Assembly: GCA_046350795.1 (NCBI GenBank)
Contig: JAXLZT010000001.1
Coordinates: forward strand, 389,164 to 453,163
Reading direction: 5' to 3'
Length of the DNA stretch: 64,000 bases
DNA from: Minisyncoccota bacterium
Lineage (GTDB): Bacteria; Patescibacteriota; Minisyncoccia; Phycocordibacterales; CALRHW01
The position numbers and the translations under genes are program-made. Below are positions 56,019 to 64,000 of the stretch, one piece after another (positions within the stretch are counted from its first letter, which is position 1; each line of letters begins with the position of its first letter). The notes beneath the pieces are model-generated. The model was not told where the DNA came from. It did not search any database and saw only the letters and a list, made by a program, of their open reading frames with translations.

Positions 56019-56513
56019 ATGTCCACGACGACAGAACCAACTATCGCCTGTCTGGAGGACAGGAAGAGTCTCATCGAGGCGGCCGTGAAGAGACTCATCG
56101 AAGACTGCGAAGGTCAGCTGCTGGTGAAGAAGGGAGAACGGGCGAATATCACCATCACGCTCGGGGTCGGACTATCCGATGAACGACCCCACCATTCGTT
56201 CAAGGTGGATCTCAAGGTGCAAAGCAAGTCTGACAGGATGCGCACCCTGGGTCCTGTCACGACTGTAGAGGAGTGGTCGCGACTGAGCAATCTCAGCTTC
56301 CGGTCTCCAGCCATCGCCGAGTTCATCCAAGCTCTCAAGCCAGTTGCTGGCAAGTCAAGATCTGCTCGCGCCGGAGATTTCTTCCGGTATGGCAACGAGA
56401 TTCACAGCATCAATCAGAAGCTTCGTGACAGCGACATTCGAATGAGGGTGAGAGGAACATATGGGGGCATGTTCCAAGATCGCCACTTCACTCTCGTGAG
56501 AGTGGGGCATTGA
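56019..56513 (+). CDS. GC-rich hypothetical protein (164 aa), candidate toxin-like partner of the upstream ncRNA
   Basis: SD AGGAGGTG sits 5 nt before the ATG at 56019 (the alternative upstream ATG at 55995 lacks an SD). No recognisable motif. Confidence 0.5.
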   Translation: MSTTTEPTIACLEDRKSLIEAAVKRLIEDCEGQLLVKKGERANITITLGVGLSDERPHHSFKVDLKVQSKSDRMRTLGPVTTVEEWSRLSNLSFRSPAIAEFIQALKPVAGKSRSARAGDFFRYGNEIHSINQKLRDSDIRMRVRGTYGGMFQDRHFTLVRVGH

Positions 56514-56540
56514 TGGATCGACGAATTTCGGGAAGCAATG

Positions 56541-56590
56541 GCCCGAGGTGTGTGCTTCAGTGCACATGCCTCGGGCTGTTTCATTTGTAG
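56541..56590 (+). terminator. hairpin GCCCGAGG...CCTCGGGC followed by TGTTTCATTTG
   Basis: 8-bp GC stem just after the stop codon. Confidence 0.45.
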
Positions 56591-57045
56591 AAAATATTTA
56601 TCCCATGTTATTGTTATATCGGATTGTGGGGTGATGCGTTTATTCATTACTGATTCCTTTCCTCCTAACCTGAGGAGATCTAATGCTCTAACGAATGAAC
56701 ACAAAGAGGAAAAAGCACCACGTGGACTTGATCACCTACGTGGGCGAGGTGGGTAGCAAATCCCCCCAGTTGTTTCTGGGCAAGAAGGGTGTTGTGATGC
56801 ATGCACATGGCACTTGGTGGTCCGCGGTCGCCGCTACGCCCTTCCCAAGCCGGTAGCTCTCGTCTGACTGCTTTCCAGTGGCAGATGATCTACTCAGTAT
56901 GGACATTCATTAGTTCGATCGTGTGTCCGTATGAACCCCTAGAGGAACAGGGGTTAGCAGAATGGAATCGAACACGCTACCGCGTTAATGCTTTCGCGGT
57001 GAGGCGAGATAAGAGCATCCGGTTGCCTCGTAGGCATCCGGCGTC

Positions 57046-57090
57046 ACCACCGAACTGCGCGCACGCGTACTCGGTGGTATTTTAATTATA
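57046..57090 (+). terminator. hairpin ACCACCGA...TCGGTGGT followed by ATTTTAATTAT
   Basis: Ends the GC-rich noncoding stretch 56590-57090. Convergent with the typA stop codon. Confidence 0.4.
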
Positions 57091-57096
57091 TTGTTT

Positions 57097-58851
57097 CTAT
57101 TTCTTAAGACTTTTCTTTCTCAGTCTCACACTCTCAGGGGTGATTTCTATAAAGTCATCTTCGGCCATGATTTCCATCGCGCGTTCGATTGAAAGCTTGA
57201 ATGCTGGTACCAAAAAGATTCCTTCGTCAGATCCAGACGCACGCATGTTGGTGAGCTGTTTTCCTTTTGTGGGATTCACATACATTGTGTCGCCTTTTGT
57301 AACATTTCCTACGATCATTCCTTCGTATACTTCTGTTGTAGGCTCGATGTATAGGACTCCTCGTTCTTGCAAGTTAGCCAAAGAGAAAGCTAAAGCTTTT
57401 CCTCCTGCCATAGAAACCATTGAGCCATATGACTGCTTTTTTATTTCTCCTACGTGTGGTTTGAATTCTGTAAATCGGCTTGAAATAATTCCTTCGCCTT
57501 TTGTGTCGATGACAAATTGTCCTCGATATCCGAGTAGGCCACGAGTTGGGATTTCAAAAATAATTCTTTGATGACCCTGCTCTTGCTTCATGTTTGTAAG
57601 GATTCCTTTTCTTTCGCCGAGTCGAGCAATGACGGCACCAGCACTTTCATCCGGCACATCTACTATAACTTCTTCAAAAGGTTCATAAGTGACTCCGTCT
57701 ATTTCTTTTAATATAACGTTTGGCTGTGATACTTGTAGTTCAAAACCTTCGCGTCGCATATTTTCTAGCAAGATAGCAATGTGTAACTCTCCACGACCAT
57801 AAACTGTAAAATGCTCTCCTTCATTAAAATTTACTTTCAAACCGACATTTATCTCAAGCTCTTTTTCTAGTCGATCACGAATCTGTCTTCCTGTGACATA
57901 TTTTCCTTCGCGTCCAGCAAAAGGCGAGTCGTTTACTAGAAAATTTAGGGAAATTGTTGGCTCATCTATTTTAATAGCAGGTAGCGCTTCTTGATCTACA
58001 TTTTGGCAAATAGTTTCTCCGATATATATCTGAGGAAGTCCGGCTATCATCACTATGTCTCCAGCTGTTGCTTCGTTTATTTCCTTTTTTTGTATTCCTT
58101 CAAATGTGAAAATTTTAATTAATTTTCCTGAGTAGTTTGTTCCATCAACTTTTTTTACTACCACAGGCTCACCAACCTTTATTTTTCCTTCATACACACG
58201 GCAGACAGCTAGACGTCCGAGGAAGTTGTCGTAGCCAAGGTTGAAAGTTTGCATGCGAAGTGGTGCTGATGTGTCGCTCGGCGCTGGTGGTACTTGTTTT
58301 AAGATAGTTTCTAAAAGGGGAGTCAAATCTTTTGCTTCGTCTTCTAAGTTCATTTTTGCAGTACCATCTCGTCCTACAGCGTAGACAGTTGTGAAATTCA
58401 TTTGTTCATCGCTAGCACCTAGGTCAAAAAATAGCTCGAGCACTTCGTCTACTACTTCTTTTGGTCGAGCAGCTGGTTTGTCTATTTTATTTACGATAAC
58501 GATAGGTTTGAGGCCGAGCTCTAGAGATTTTTTTAATACAAAGCGAGTCTGTGGCATAGGACCCTCCTGGGCGTCTACCACGAGAAGCACTGTATCTATA
58601 GAACGAAGCACGCGCTCCACCTCTGAGCCGAAGTCGCTGTGGCCTGGAGTGTCCACTATGTTTATTTTCGTGCCTTTATATGAAATAGAGGTATTTTTTG
58701 CGTATATAGTGATACCACGCTCTCTTTCAAGGGCGTTTGAGTCCATAGTAGCGCCTTCTTCTGCGGCACCTGTTTGCTTCATTATTGCGTCAGTAAGAGT
58801 AGTCTTACCATGATCCACGTGGGCTATGATTGCTATGTTTCTTATTTCCAT
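57097..58851 (-). CDS. typA: translational GTPase TypA/BipA
   Basis: [26 protein letters not shown], and C-terminal TypA-specific domains. 584 aa. Confidence 0.85.
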   Translation of the reverse strand: MEIRNIAIIAHVDHGKTTLTDAIMKQTGAAEEGATMDSNALERERGITIYAKNTSISYKGTKINIVDTPGHSDFGSEVERVLRSIDTVLLVVDAQEGPMPQTRFVLKKSLELGLKPIVIVNKIDKPAARPKEVVDEVLELFFDLGASDEQMNFTTVYAVGRDGTAKMNLEDEAKDLTPLLETILKQVPPAPSDTSAPLRMQTFNLGYDNFLGRLAVCRVYEGKIKVGEPVVVKKVDGTNYSGKLIKIFTFEGIQKKEINEATAGDIVMIAGLPQIYIGETICQNVDQEALPAIKIDEPTISLNFLVNDSPFAGREGKYVTGRQIRDRLEKELEINVGLKVNFNEGEHFTVYGRGELHIAILLENMRREGFELQVSQPNVILKEIDGVTYEPFEEVIVDVPDESAGAVIARLGERKGILTNMKQEQGHQRIIFEIPTRGLLGYRGQFVIDTKGEGIISSRFTEFKPHVGEIKKQSYGSMVSMAGGKALAFSLANLQERGVLYIEPTTEVYEGMIVGNVTKGDTMYVNPTKGKQLTNMRASGSDEGIFLVPAFKLSIERAMEIMAEDDFIEITPESVRLRKKSLKK

Positions 58852-58925
58852 TTTTTTGTTTTGTAACGAATGTCTATTAAAGCAGTAAAAAATAAAAGTG
58901 TCAATCTGCTCGGTGTGGACGCTCG

Positions 58926-59201
58926 TTGTTTGCCTTTATTTTACTTGGTATAATATTTTCAATGAAAGATCCACTGGCTATTTTGTCTAATTTTCATATA
59001 CACATTACTCGTGATATCGTCTGGCTTGTTTTCGTGGTCGCTTGTGCGATAGCTGGTCTTTTTAGTGCGGTTTTATTTTTTCACTGGAGAATGTATGGAA
59101 TGAAAAATTATCGTATCGTGTTGGCAGAGATGGTTTTTTTGGTAGGTATTATTTTAATTTTTATGTTTGCTTTTTCTTCTGCTTTTCAATTTACACAATA
59201 A
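58926..59201 (+). CDS. small membrane protein
   Basis: Three hydrophobic helices. No recognisable motif. Confidence 0.4.
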   Translation: MFAFILLGIIFSMKDPLAILSNFHIHITRDIVWLVFVVACAIAGLFSAVLFFHWRMYGMKNYRIVLAEMVFLVGIILIFMFAFSSAFQFTQ

Positions 59202-59202
59202 T

Positions 59203-59748
59203 ATGCTTAACCTAGAGAACGATGAAAAAATAATCTTAGAAGTGCGCAAACATTGGTTTGTGTTTTTAGGTAATGTTATCGGTTTTTTTGTTGGTGGAGT
59301 TTTGCCGATCGTCTTTTATTTTTTGATAGTTACTTTTTCTTCTTTTGATATTTTAAAAATAATTTATGAGTATAAATCTCTTTATTTTTTTATTTACTCA
59401 TTGTGGCTTCTTTTGCTTTGGGTTTTATTTTTTATACAATGGACCAACTATTATCTAGATGTGTGGTATGTGACGGAAAAAAGAATCATAGATGTAAATC
59501 AAAAGGGTATTTTCCATCGCGAAATCTCTAATCTCAGATTTGATAAAATTCAGGATATTAGTATTGAGGTGCGCGGTTTTATTGCCACCATGTTAAATTA
59601 TGGTGATATTAGTGTACAGACTGCAGCGGAAGACAGTAGTGATTTTGTTATGAAAAATGCAAGAGATCCTCAACGTATTCGCAGAATAGTTTTTAGTCAG
59701 CACAATATAGAGGCAGAAAAACTGAGAAAGGTAAAAATAGAGAGCTAG
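59203..59748 (+). CDS. membrane protein with bacterial PH (bPH_2/YdbT-like) domain
   Basis: N-terminus LENDEKIILEVRKHWFVF followed by two TM helices. Start moved to the internal Met. Confidence 0.45.
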   Translation: MLNLENDEKIILEVRKHWFVFLGNVIGFFVGGVLPIVFYFLIVTFSSFDILKIIYEYKSLYFFIYSLWLLLLWVLFFIQWTNYYLDVWYVTEKRIIDVNQKGIFHREISNLRFDKIQDISIEVRGFIATMLNYGDISVQTAAEDSSDFVMKNARDPQRIRRIVFSQHNIEAEKLRKVKIES

Positions 59749-59776
59749 ACACAAAGATATATTTTAAATAAATTAA

Positions 59777-59808
59777 GACCGGCCCGAGGAATGTCCCCGG
59801 GCCGGATT
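59777..59808. terminator. hairpin CCGGCCCGGGG...CCCCGGGCCGG, bidirectional
   Basis: GC-rich palindrome lying between convergent genes. Confidence 0.4.
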
Positions 59809-59840
59809 TGTTGAATTGCGCGCGCACTTGTTGTGTTGCG

Positions 59841-60173
59841 CTAGCCGATCTGCAGGATTTTGTTCCTGCTGATAGAGCCGAGCTTGGTGCAGACGCCGTC
59901 CACCTTCTTTTTCAGTCTGGTGGATCGAATGTCGTACGGCACGGGCATCAGGAGCGCCGCCTTCAGAAAGGCAAAGACGTTCTCGTACCACGATTCCGCA
60001 TCACAGATGGCTGTGGCATCATTGAACAACGCGGTGTTGCTCGTCGATGGTGGGTTGTGTTGCACAGATGTGCAGATGGTCTTCGAGTCACCGGTCTCAG
60101 CGGAGCTGTGGGGTGTCGAAGTCAAGCACATGATTGCGCACAGAAGGGCGAGAATGCCCACGATATTCCGCAT
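59841..60173 (-). CDS. GC-rich small secreted/lipoprotein-like Cys-containing protein (about 110 aa)
   Basis: SD GGAGGT sits 7 nt before the ATG at 60173. Signal peptide LALLCAIMC with possible lipobox. Confidence 0.45.
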   Translation of the reverse strand: MRNIVGILALLCAIMCLTSTPHSSAETGDSKTICTSVQHNPPSTSNTALFNDATAICDAESWYENVFAFLKAALLMPVPYDIRSTRLKKKVDGVCTKLGSISRNKILQIG

Positions 60174-60253
60174 GGTCTGTACCTCCATCACTAGGGGTTG
60201 GAAAGAGCACGACTCGACGCTGGAACTTCTTCTACCCGGAACTACCTTGGGAT

Positions 60254-60281
60254 ATTATATGCTAGTATTTAAATAATTCAA
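60254..60281 (-). promoter_or_regulatory. sigma70-like promoter TTGAAT-16-TATAAT
   Basis: Consensus -10. Divergent from the start of the SPOUT methyltransferase gene. Confidence 0.4.
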
Positions 60282-60282
60282 T

Positions 60283-60894
60283 ATGAAAGAGGTTGATAAA
60301 AAAACAGGTAAAAAATCACATGAAAAATTGGGCGCTTTTGAGTTTAAATCAAAGACACTTTCATATGATCCCAACAAGCCCCGCAATAGAGCCGACTATC
60401 TCAAATGGCTCACTGACGATGAGGTAAAAAAATATCTTGCAGAGCGCAAGCTCAACTATGGTGTGCTCATTGTCAATCTTTTGTATGACAACAATGCTGG
60501 CAACATAGTACGCAGTGCCAACGCTTTTGGTGCTGGTGAAATCGTTTTGTATGGACATAAAACCTTTGATAGACGAGCCAGTGTCGGCTCTGAGTTTTAC
60601 GAATATTTTAGGCATATTAAATTTACAGAAGACATAGACACACTCTTTTCTGAGTATGAGTTGGTGGTGGCTGTAGAAAATGGCACCGAGGCTATAGATC
60701 TAGCAGATTTTAAATGGGATAAAAATAAAAAGACGCTTATTGTTTTTGGTCAGGAAAGTGGGGGAATACCAAAAGAAATTTTAGATAAGTGTCATCATGT
60801 GGTGGAAATAAAACAAATGGGTAGTGTGCGATCACTCAATGTGGCTGTAGCTGCTGGTATTGTGATGAATGATTATTGTACAAAGACTCGATAG
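60283..60894 (+). CDS. SpoU/TrmH-family RNA 2'-O-methyltransferase
   Basis: SPOUT motifs NAGNIVRSANAFGA, IVFGQESGGIP and SLNVAVAAGIV. Confidence 0.75.
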   Translation: MKEVDKKTGKKSHEKLGAFEFKSKTLSYDPNKPRNRADYLKWLTDDEVKKYLAERKLNYGVLIVNLLYDNNAGNIVRSANAFGAGEIVLYGHKTFDRRASVGSEFYEYFRHIKFTEDIDTLFSEYELVVAVENGTEAIDLADFKWDKNKKTLIVFGQESGGIPKEILDKCHHVVEIKQMGSVRSLNVAVAAGIVMNDYCTKTR

Positions 60895-61014
60895 TAGTAT
60901 GGTGGCGGTAAATAAATTTTTTATAAGTTTTTGATAAATTTTTTATATAAATTTTTTGTGACAGTTTGCTTTTGCGCGGTATAATTTTATTACTGTACTG
61001 CTTCATGACGCTTT

Positions 61015-62226
61015 TTGTACGTCATTATGCTCGCTCAAAAGACTATTGATGAGATCAATCGTAGTCCCCACCTTGCTGTTGTTGGCTTTGTTAGTTGTCT
61101 TGTAGAAGATGCTTTCGGATCACACGTATCTGATGTTCATTTGCAACCCACGGAAACACAAATACGCATTAGATTTAGAGTGGATGGAATTTTACAAGAC
61201 ATTGCTTTTTTGCCGAGGAAATTTTTTCCTGAAGTAGTCTCTCGTATAAAAATAATTTCAAATCTCAGAACAGACGAACACAAAAATCCTCAGGATGGTC
61301 GTTTTCGACATACAGTAGACGGATCTTCTTTTGATGTGCGTGTTTCTTGTGTGCCCACTCATCATGGAGAAAGTATTGTGTTGCGTTTACTTACAAGCAC
61401 ATTTTCCTTGAGTTCACTTTCACATCTCGGTTTTTTACCAGATGATGAGGAAAAAATATTAAATTGTCTTAGAAAACAATCTGGCATGATTTTGATCACG
61501 GGCCCCACTGGTTCAGGTAAAACCACTACACTTTACACTCTTATAAAGCTACTTAATAAATCAGAAAGTTCTATTGTGACAATAGAAGATCCTGTAGAGT
61601 ATTCTGTTGCTGGCATAAAGCAGATACAGACTAATGCGCGTGTAGGTCTGACTTTTGCAAATGGTTTACGTTCTATTCTCCGCCAAGACCCAGACATTAT
61701 TATGGTTGGAGAAATACGAGATATAGAGACTGCTCAGATAGCTGTAAACACAGCTCTGACTGGTCATTTACTTCTTTCTACTTTGCATACCATTGACTCT
61801 GCTTCGGCGATACCGCGATTGGTAGATATGAAAGTAGAGTCTTTTCTGATCGCATCTACTTTACGTCTCGTTATTGCTCAGCGTTTGGTAAGAAAAATTT
61901 GTCAAAATTGTAAAAAATTGCGCGATATTACTTTTATAGAGAAAAATATTTTTTTCCATACATATAAACACAACCTGCAAAATGCGTGGATTGGTCAAGG
62001 ATGTGAAAAATGTAAATTAACAGGATATTTTGGTCGCGTAGTGGTATGTGAGATTTTGTGTATTAACGAAAAAATTTGTGATGCAATCGTTGCGTGTGCT
62101 GGAACAGCAAAAATAAAAAATATTGCTACTGAGTCTGGTATGACTCTACTCATAAAAGACGGCATAAGAAAAATAGAGTCTGGTATCACCACGATAGAAG
62201 AGGTTTTTCGTTGTTTAAATGAATAA
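61015..62226 (+). CDS. pilB: type II/IV secretion ATPase (PilB/GspE-like, short form)
   Basis: Walker A GPTGSGKTTTL, Asp and His boxes, and tetracysteine CQNCKK...CEKCK. Confidence 0.8.
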   Translation: MYVIMLAQKTIDEINRSPHLAVVGFVSCLVEDAFGSHVSDVHLQPTETQIRIRFRVDGILQDIAFLPRKFFPEVVSRIKIISNLRTDEHKNPQDGRFRHTVDGSSFDVRVSCVPTHHGESIVLRLLTSTFSLSSLSHLGFLPDDEEKILNCLRKQSGMILITGPTGSGKTTTLYTLIKLLNKSESSIVTIEDPVEYSVAGIKQIQTNARVGLTFANGLRSILRQDPDIIMVGEIRDIETAQIAVNTALTGHLLLSTLHTIDSASAIPRLVDMKVESFLIASTLRLVIAQRLVRKICQNCKKLRDITFIEKNIFFHTYKHNLQNAWIGQGCEKCKLTGYFGRVVVCEILCINEKICDAIVACAGTAKIKNIATESGMTLLIKDGIRKIESGITTIEEVFRCLNE

Positions 62227-62231
62227 ATTTA

Positions 62232-63305
62232 ATGAATAGTGTCAAAAATATATTTACCAGAAAGATTTCACTTCGTGAGCAAGCATATTTTGCGTCGCGT
62301 TTGGCTTTTTTAGTGGGTGCTGAGATTTCTCTTTTAGATAGTTTACTTATGCTTCGCGATCAATCAAAAAAGAATAAAGAAAAAAAATTGATAAATAAAA
62401 TAATAGACGATGTTTCTCAGGGTAGTTTTCTTTCAAATAGTCTAGAAAAAATAAAGCCCAGATTTAGTCCTCTGGCCATACAGATTATTCGTACTGGAGA
62501 AATGACGGGTACACTAAGTACAAATCTGAAGTATGTTTCTGAGGAGCTTAAAAAGAGACAGATTTTATTTCAAAAAATTATTAGCGCACTTTTTTATCCA
62601 TTTTGTATCGGCCTTTCGACTATAGGAGTGACAAGTATGGTTACTTTGTATATTTTACCAAAAATAATACCAATTTTTTCTAGTCTAAAAGCTAAATTGC
62701 CCACAAGCACCAGAATTCTTATTTCTTTTCATTCTATTGTTACAAGTCATTGGATTTTTATTTTAAGCATCATTTTTATTTTTTCTTTCACTTTTATTAT
62801 TTTATGGAAAAAATATAAAAATTTTAGGATTCGTTGTGAGTACGTGTGTCTAAATGTGCCAATCTTTGGTCAGATGTTTAGATTTTATGAAATTACTCAA
62901 GCTTTTCGTACACTTGGTCTTTTATTAAAAAGTGGCGTGACACTAAAAGATGCTATAAAAAATATTAGTAATGGAAGCGCTTCTGATATTTATAAAAAAG
63001 AGTATTTACTGCTTTCGAAAAGTGTATCTAATGGCTTGCCTACATCACACTTTCTGGCTTATAAAGAAATACTTTTTCCGACAATGGTTAGTCAAATGCT
63101 TTCGGTGGGTGAATCATCTGGTAATTTGATAGAAGTATCTCTTTACATCTCTGAATATTACGAAAGGGAACTTGATGAAATTATAAAAAAGTTAAGCTCA
63201 ATGCTTGAGCCGGTGTTGATGATTATTATGGGGGTGGTTGTGGGTTTTGTGGCTATATCTGTGATTACTCCCATATATCAGATTACGCAAAATATTAAAA
63301 GATAG
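62232..63305 (+). CDS. pilC: type IV pilus/T2SS platform protein (PilC/GspF family)
   Basis: Two GspF-like repeats and three TM helices, immediately downstream of the ATPase. Confidence 0.75.
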   Translation: MNSVKNIFTRKISLREQAYFASRLAFLVGAEISLLDSLLMLRDQSKKNKEKKLINKIIDDVSQGSFLSNSLEKIKPRFSPLAIQIIRTGEMTGTLSTNLKYVSEELKKRQILFQKIISALFYPFCIGLSTIGVTSMVTLYILPKIIPIFSSLKAKLPTSTRILISFHSIVTSHWIFILSIIFIFSFTFIILWKKYKNFRIRCEYVCLNVPIFGQMFRFYEITQAFRTLGLLLKSGVTLKDAIKNISNGSASDIYKKEYLLLSKSVSNGLPTSHFLAYKEILFPTMVSQMLSVGESSGNLIEVSLYISEYYERELDEIIKKLSSMLEPVLMIIMGVVVGFVAISVITPIYQITQNIKR

Positions 63306-63327
63306 ATTCAAAAAATAAAAATATTTT

Positions 63328-63654
63328 ATGATTTTACAAAATCGTCACGGATTTACTTTGATAGAGATTTTATTGGTACTTGGGCTCATGTCTATAGTAT
63401 TGATAATGATTCCTATATTTGATTTGAGTTCATTTAAAAAAGATTCAAAACAAGATGAAATAAATATCTTTATACAAGATTTGCAAAAAGTTAGGAGTGC
63501 TGCGATGAACAATATAAGTGGACAAGATCACGGCGTTTTTGAAAGTCTTACCGGAAATGTGTCACAAGAGAGGGAGATTGTCTTTAAGGATGAGACGAAT
63601 ACTCTTTATAATGCAACCGTTACAATAAACCATGAAGGGGGAATTGATTGGTAA
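63328..63654 (+). CDS. type IV pilin/pseudopilin
   Basis: Class III signal peptide RHG-FTLIEIL with Glu at +5 of the mature hydrophobic segment. Confidence 0.7.
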   Translation: MILQNRHGFTLIEILLVLGLMSIVLIMIPIFDLSSFKKDSKQDEINIFIQDLQKVRSAAMNNISGQDHGVFESLTGNVSQEREIVFKDETNTLYNATVTINHEGGIDW

Positions 63655-64000
63655 ATTTTTCGGTGAGCGACTTTTTAGTCAACGAGGTTTTTCTACTATC
63701 GAAGTTCTCATTGCTTTTGTTGTAATTATCGTATCTTTATCTGCGGCCGCTAGTATTTCTTTTGGTGCCCAATCACTTTTAATAGATAGTGAGTTTAATT
63801 TATCAGCCATTTCTCGTATTGAAGAGGTTTTAGAAAAAAGCCGTTCCCTTTTTTCAGAAGACTTTGAAAGTTTTATTTTGGCAACATCCACTGTAGATGG
63901 TTTTTATCAAGAAAAAGTGGATATTTTAAATATTACCCCTTGTGTAAAAAAAATTTCTGTGATGGAAGCGTGGAAACAAGAGGGTGTAAGTAAGGAACTG
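63632..64000 (+). CDS. second type IV pilin/pseudopilin (3' end outside window)
   Basis: ATG at 63632 overlaps the previous gene by 23 nt. Prepilin motif QRG-FSTIEVLIAFVVII. Absent from the ORF track because no stop codon falls within the window. Confidence 0.55.
   Translation, partial: MKGELIGKFFGERLFSQRGFSTIEVLIAFVVIIVSLSAAASISFGAQSLLIDSEFNLSAISRIEEVLEKSRSLFSEDFESFILATSTVDGFYQEKVDILNITPCVKKISVMEAWKQEGVSKEL

Noticed and set aside
56590-57085. tmRNA or RNase P RNA in the GC-rich noncoding stretch
   Set aside because: No GGGG...tag-peptide reading frame ending in ALAA, no tRNA-like acceptor/T-arm closing a CCA end, and none of the conserved RNase P P4/P15 sequence blocks. Left as an unknown structured or decayed region.
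63679-63891. Minus-strand 70-aa ORF
   Set aside because: Antisense to a plus-strand ORF with an unmistakable prepilin signal (G-FSTIEVLIAF).
1-64000. CRISPR arrays
   Set aside because: No run of regularly spaced identical repeats with unique spacers. The only tandem repeat (6658-6763) has 2.4 copies and no spacers.

Overview
This window is a low-GC (about 35-40% GC by eye), tightly packed bacterial chromosome segment dominated by information-processing genes. Recognisable genes include rpoB-rpoC, dnaG-rpoD, infB-rbfA, clpB, dnaE, thrS, hisS, smc, rnr, rnc, trmD, rpsP, rpmF, truB, typA, uppP, rnhB, a Zur/ZupT zinc module and four tRNAs. A pilB-pilC-pilin-pilin type IV pilus/pseudopilus locus sits at the right edge. 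Several proteins are unusually short (IF-2 at 516 aa, SMC at 760 aa, DnaE at 1068 aa, ThrRS without N-terminal domains). From this I infer a reduced-genome, Patescibacteria/CPR-like host, but that is inference only. Two things stand out against this background. (1) At 1.8-4.1 kb lies a tandem array of eight paralogous genes for small proteins that end in a conserved two-helix membrane module. (2) At least a dozen short, sharply GC-rich islands (about 55-65% GC by eye) are scattered through the window: a composite island at 4.1-7.7 kb wrapped around two tRNAs, and others at 18.9-19.7, 23.6-24.5, 26.5-27.0, 29.3-30.3, 45.5-46.3, 46.4-47.5, 52.2-52.8, 55.5-57.1 and 59.8-60.3 kb. Each island looks like a self-contained one-gene cassette. 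It carries its own sigma70-like promoter in an AT-rich stub, often a short perfect palindrome in the 5'UTR, a strong Shine-Dalgarno sequence, a GC-rich ORF of unknown function and a GC-clamp hairpin followed by a characteristic TTTCTTTT tail. Host-gene terminators end TTTTT(A/G)TTTTG instead. Two of the island ORFs are clear paralogs of each other (a 6-TM membrane protein family). One island is flanked by a 55-bp direct duplication of the truB 3' end and pairs a promoter-ncRNA-terminator module with a 164-aa protein, an architecture reminiscent of type III toxin-antitoxin loci. Another carries a second sigma70-family sigma factor. I cannot tell from sequence alone whether these cassettes are horizontal acquisitions, an assembly chimera or engineered inserts. 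All functional calls below are motif- or architecture-based, and no database search was possible.
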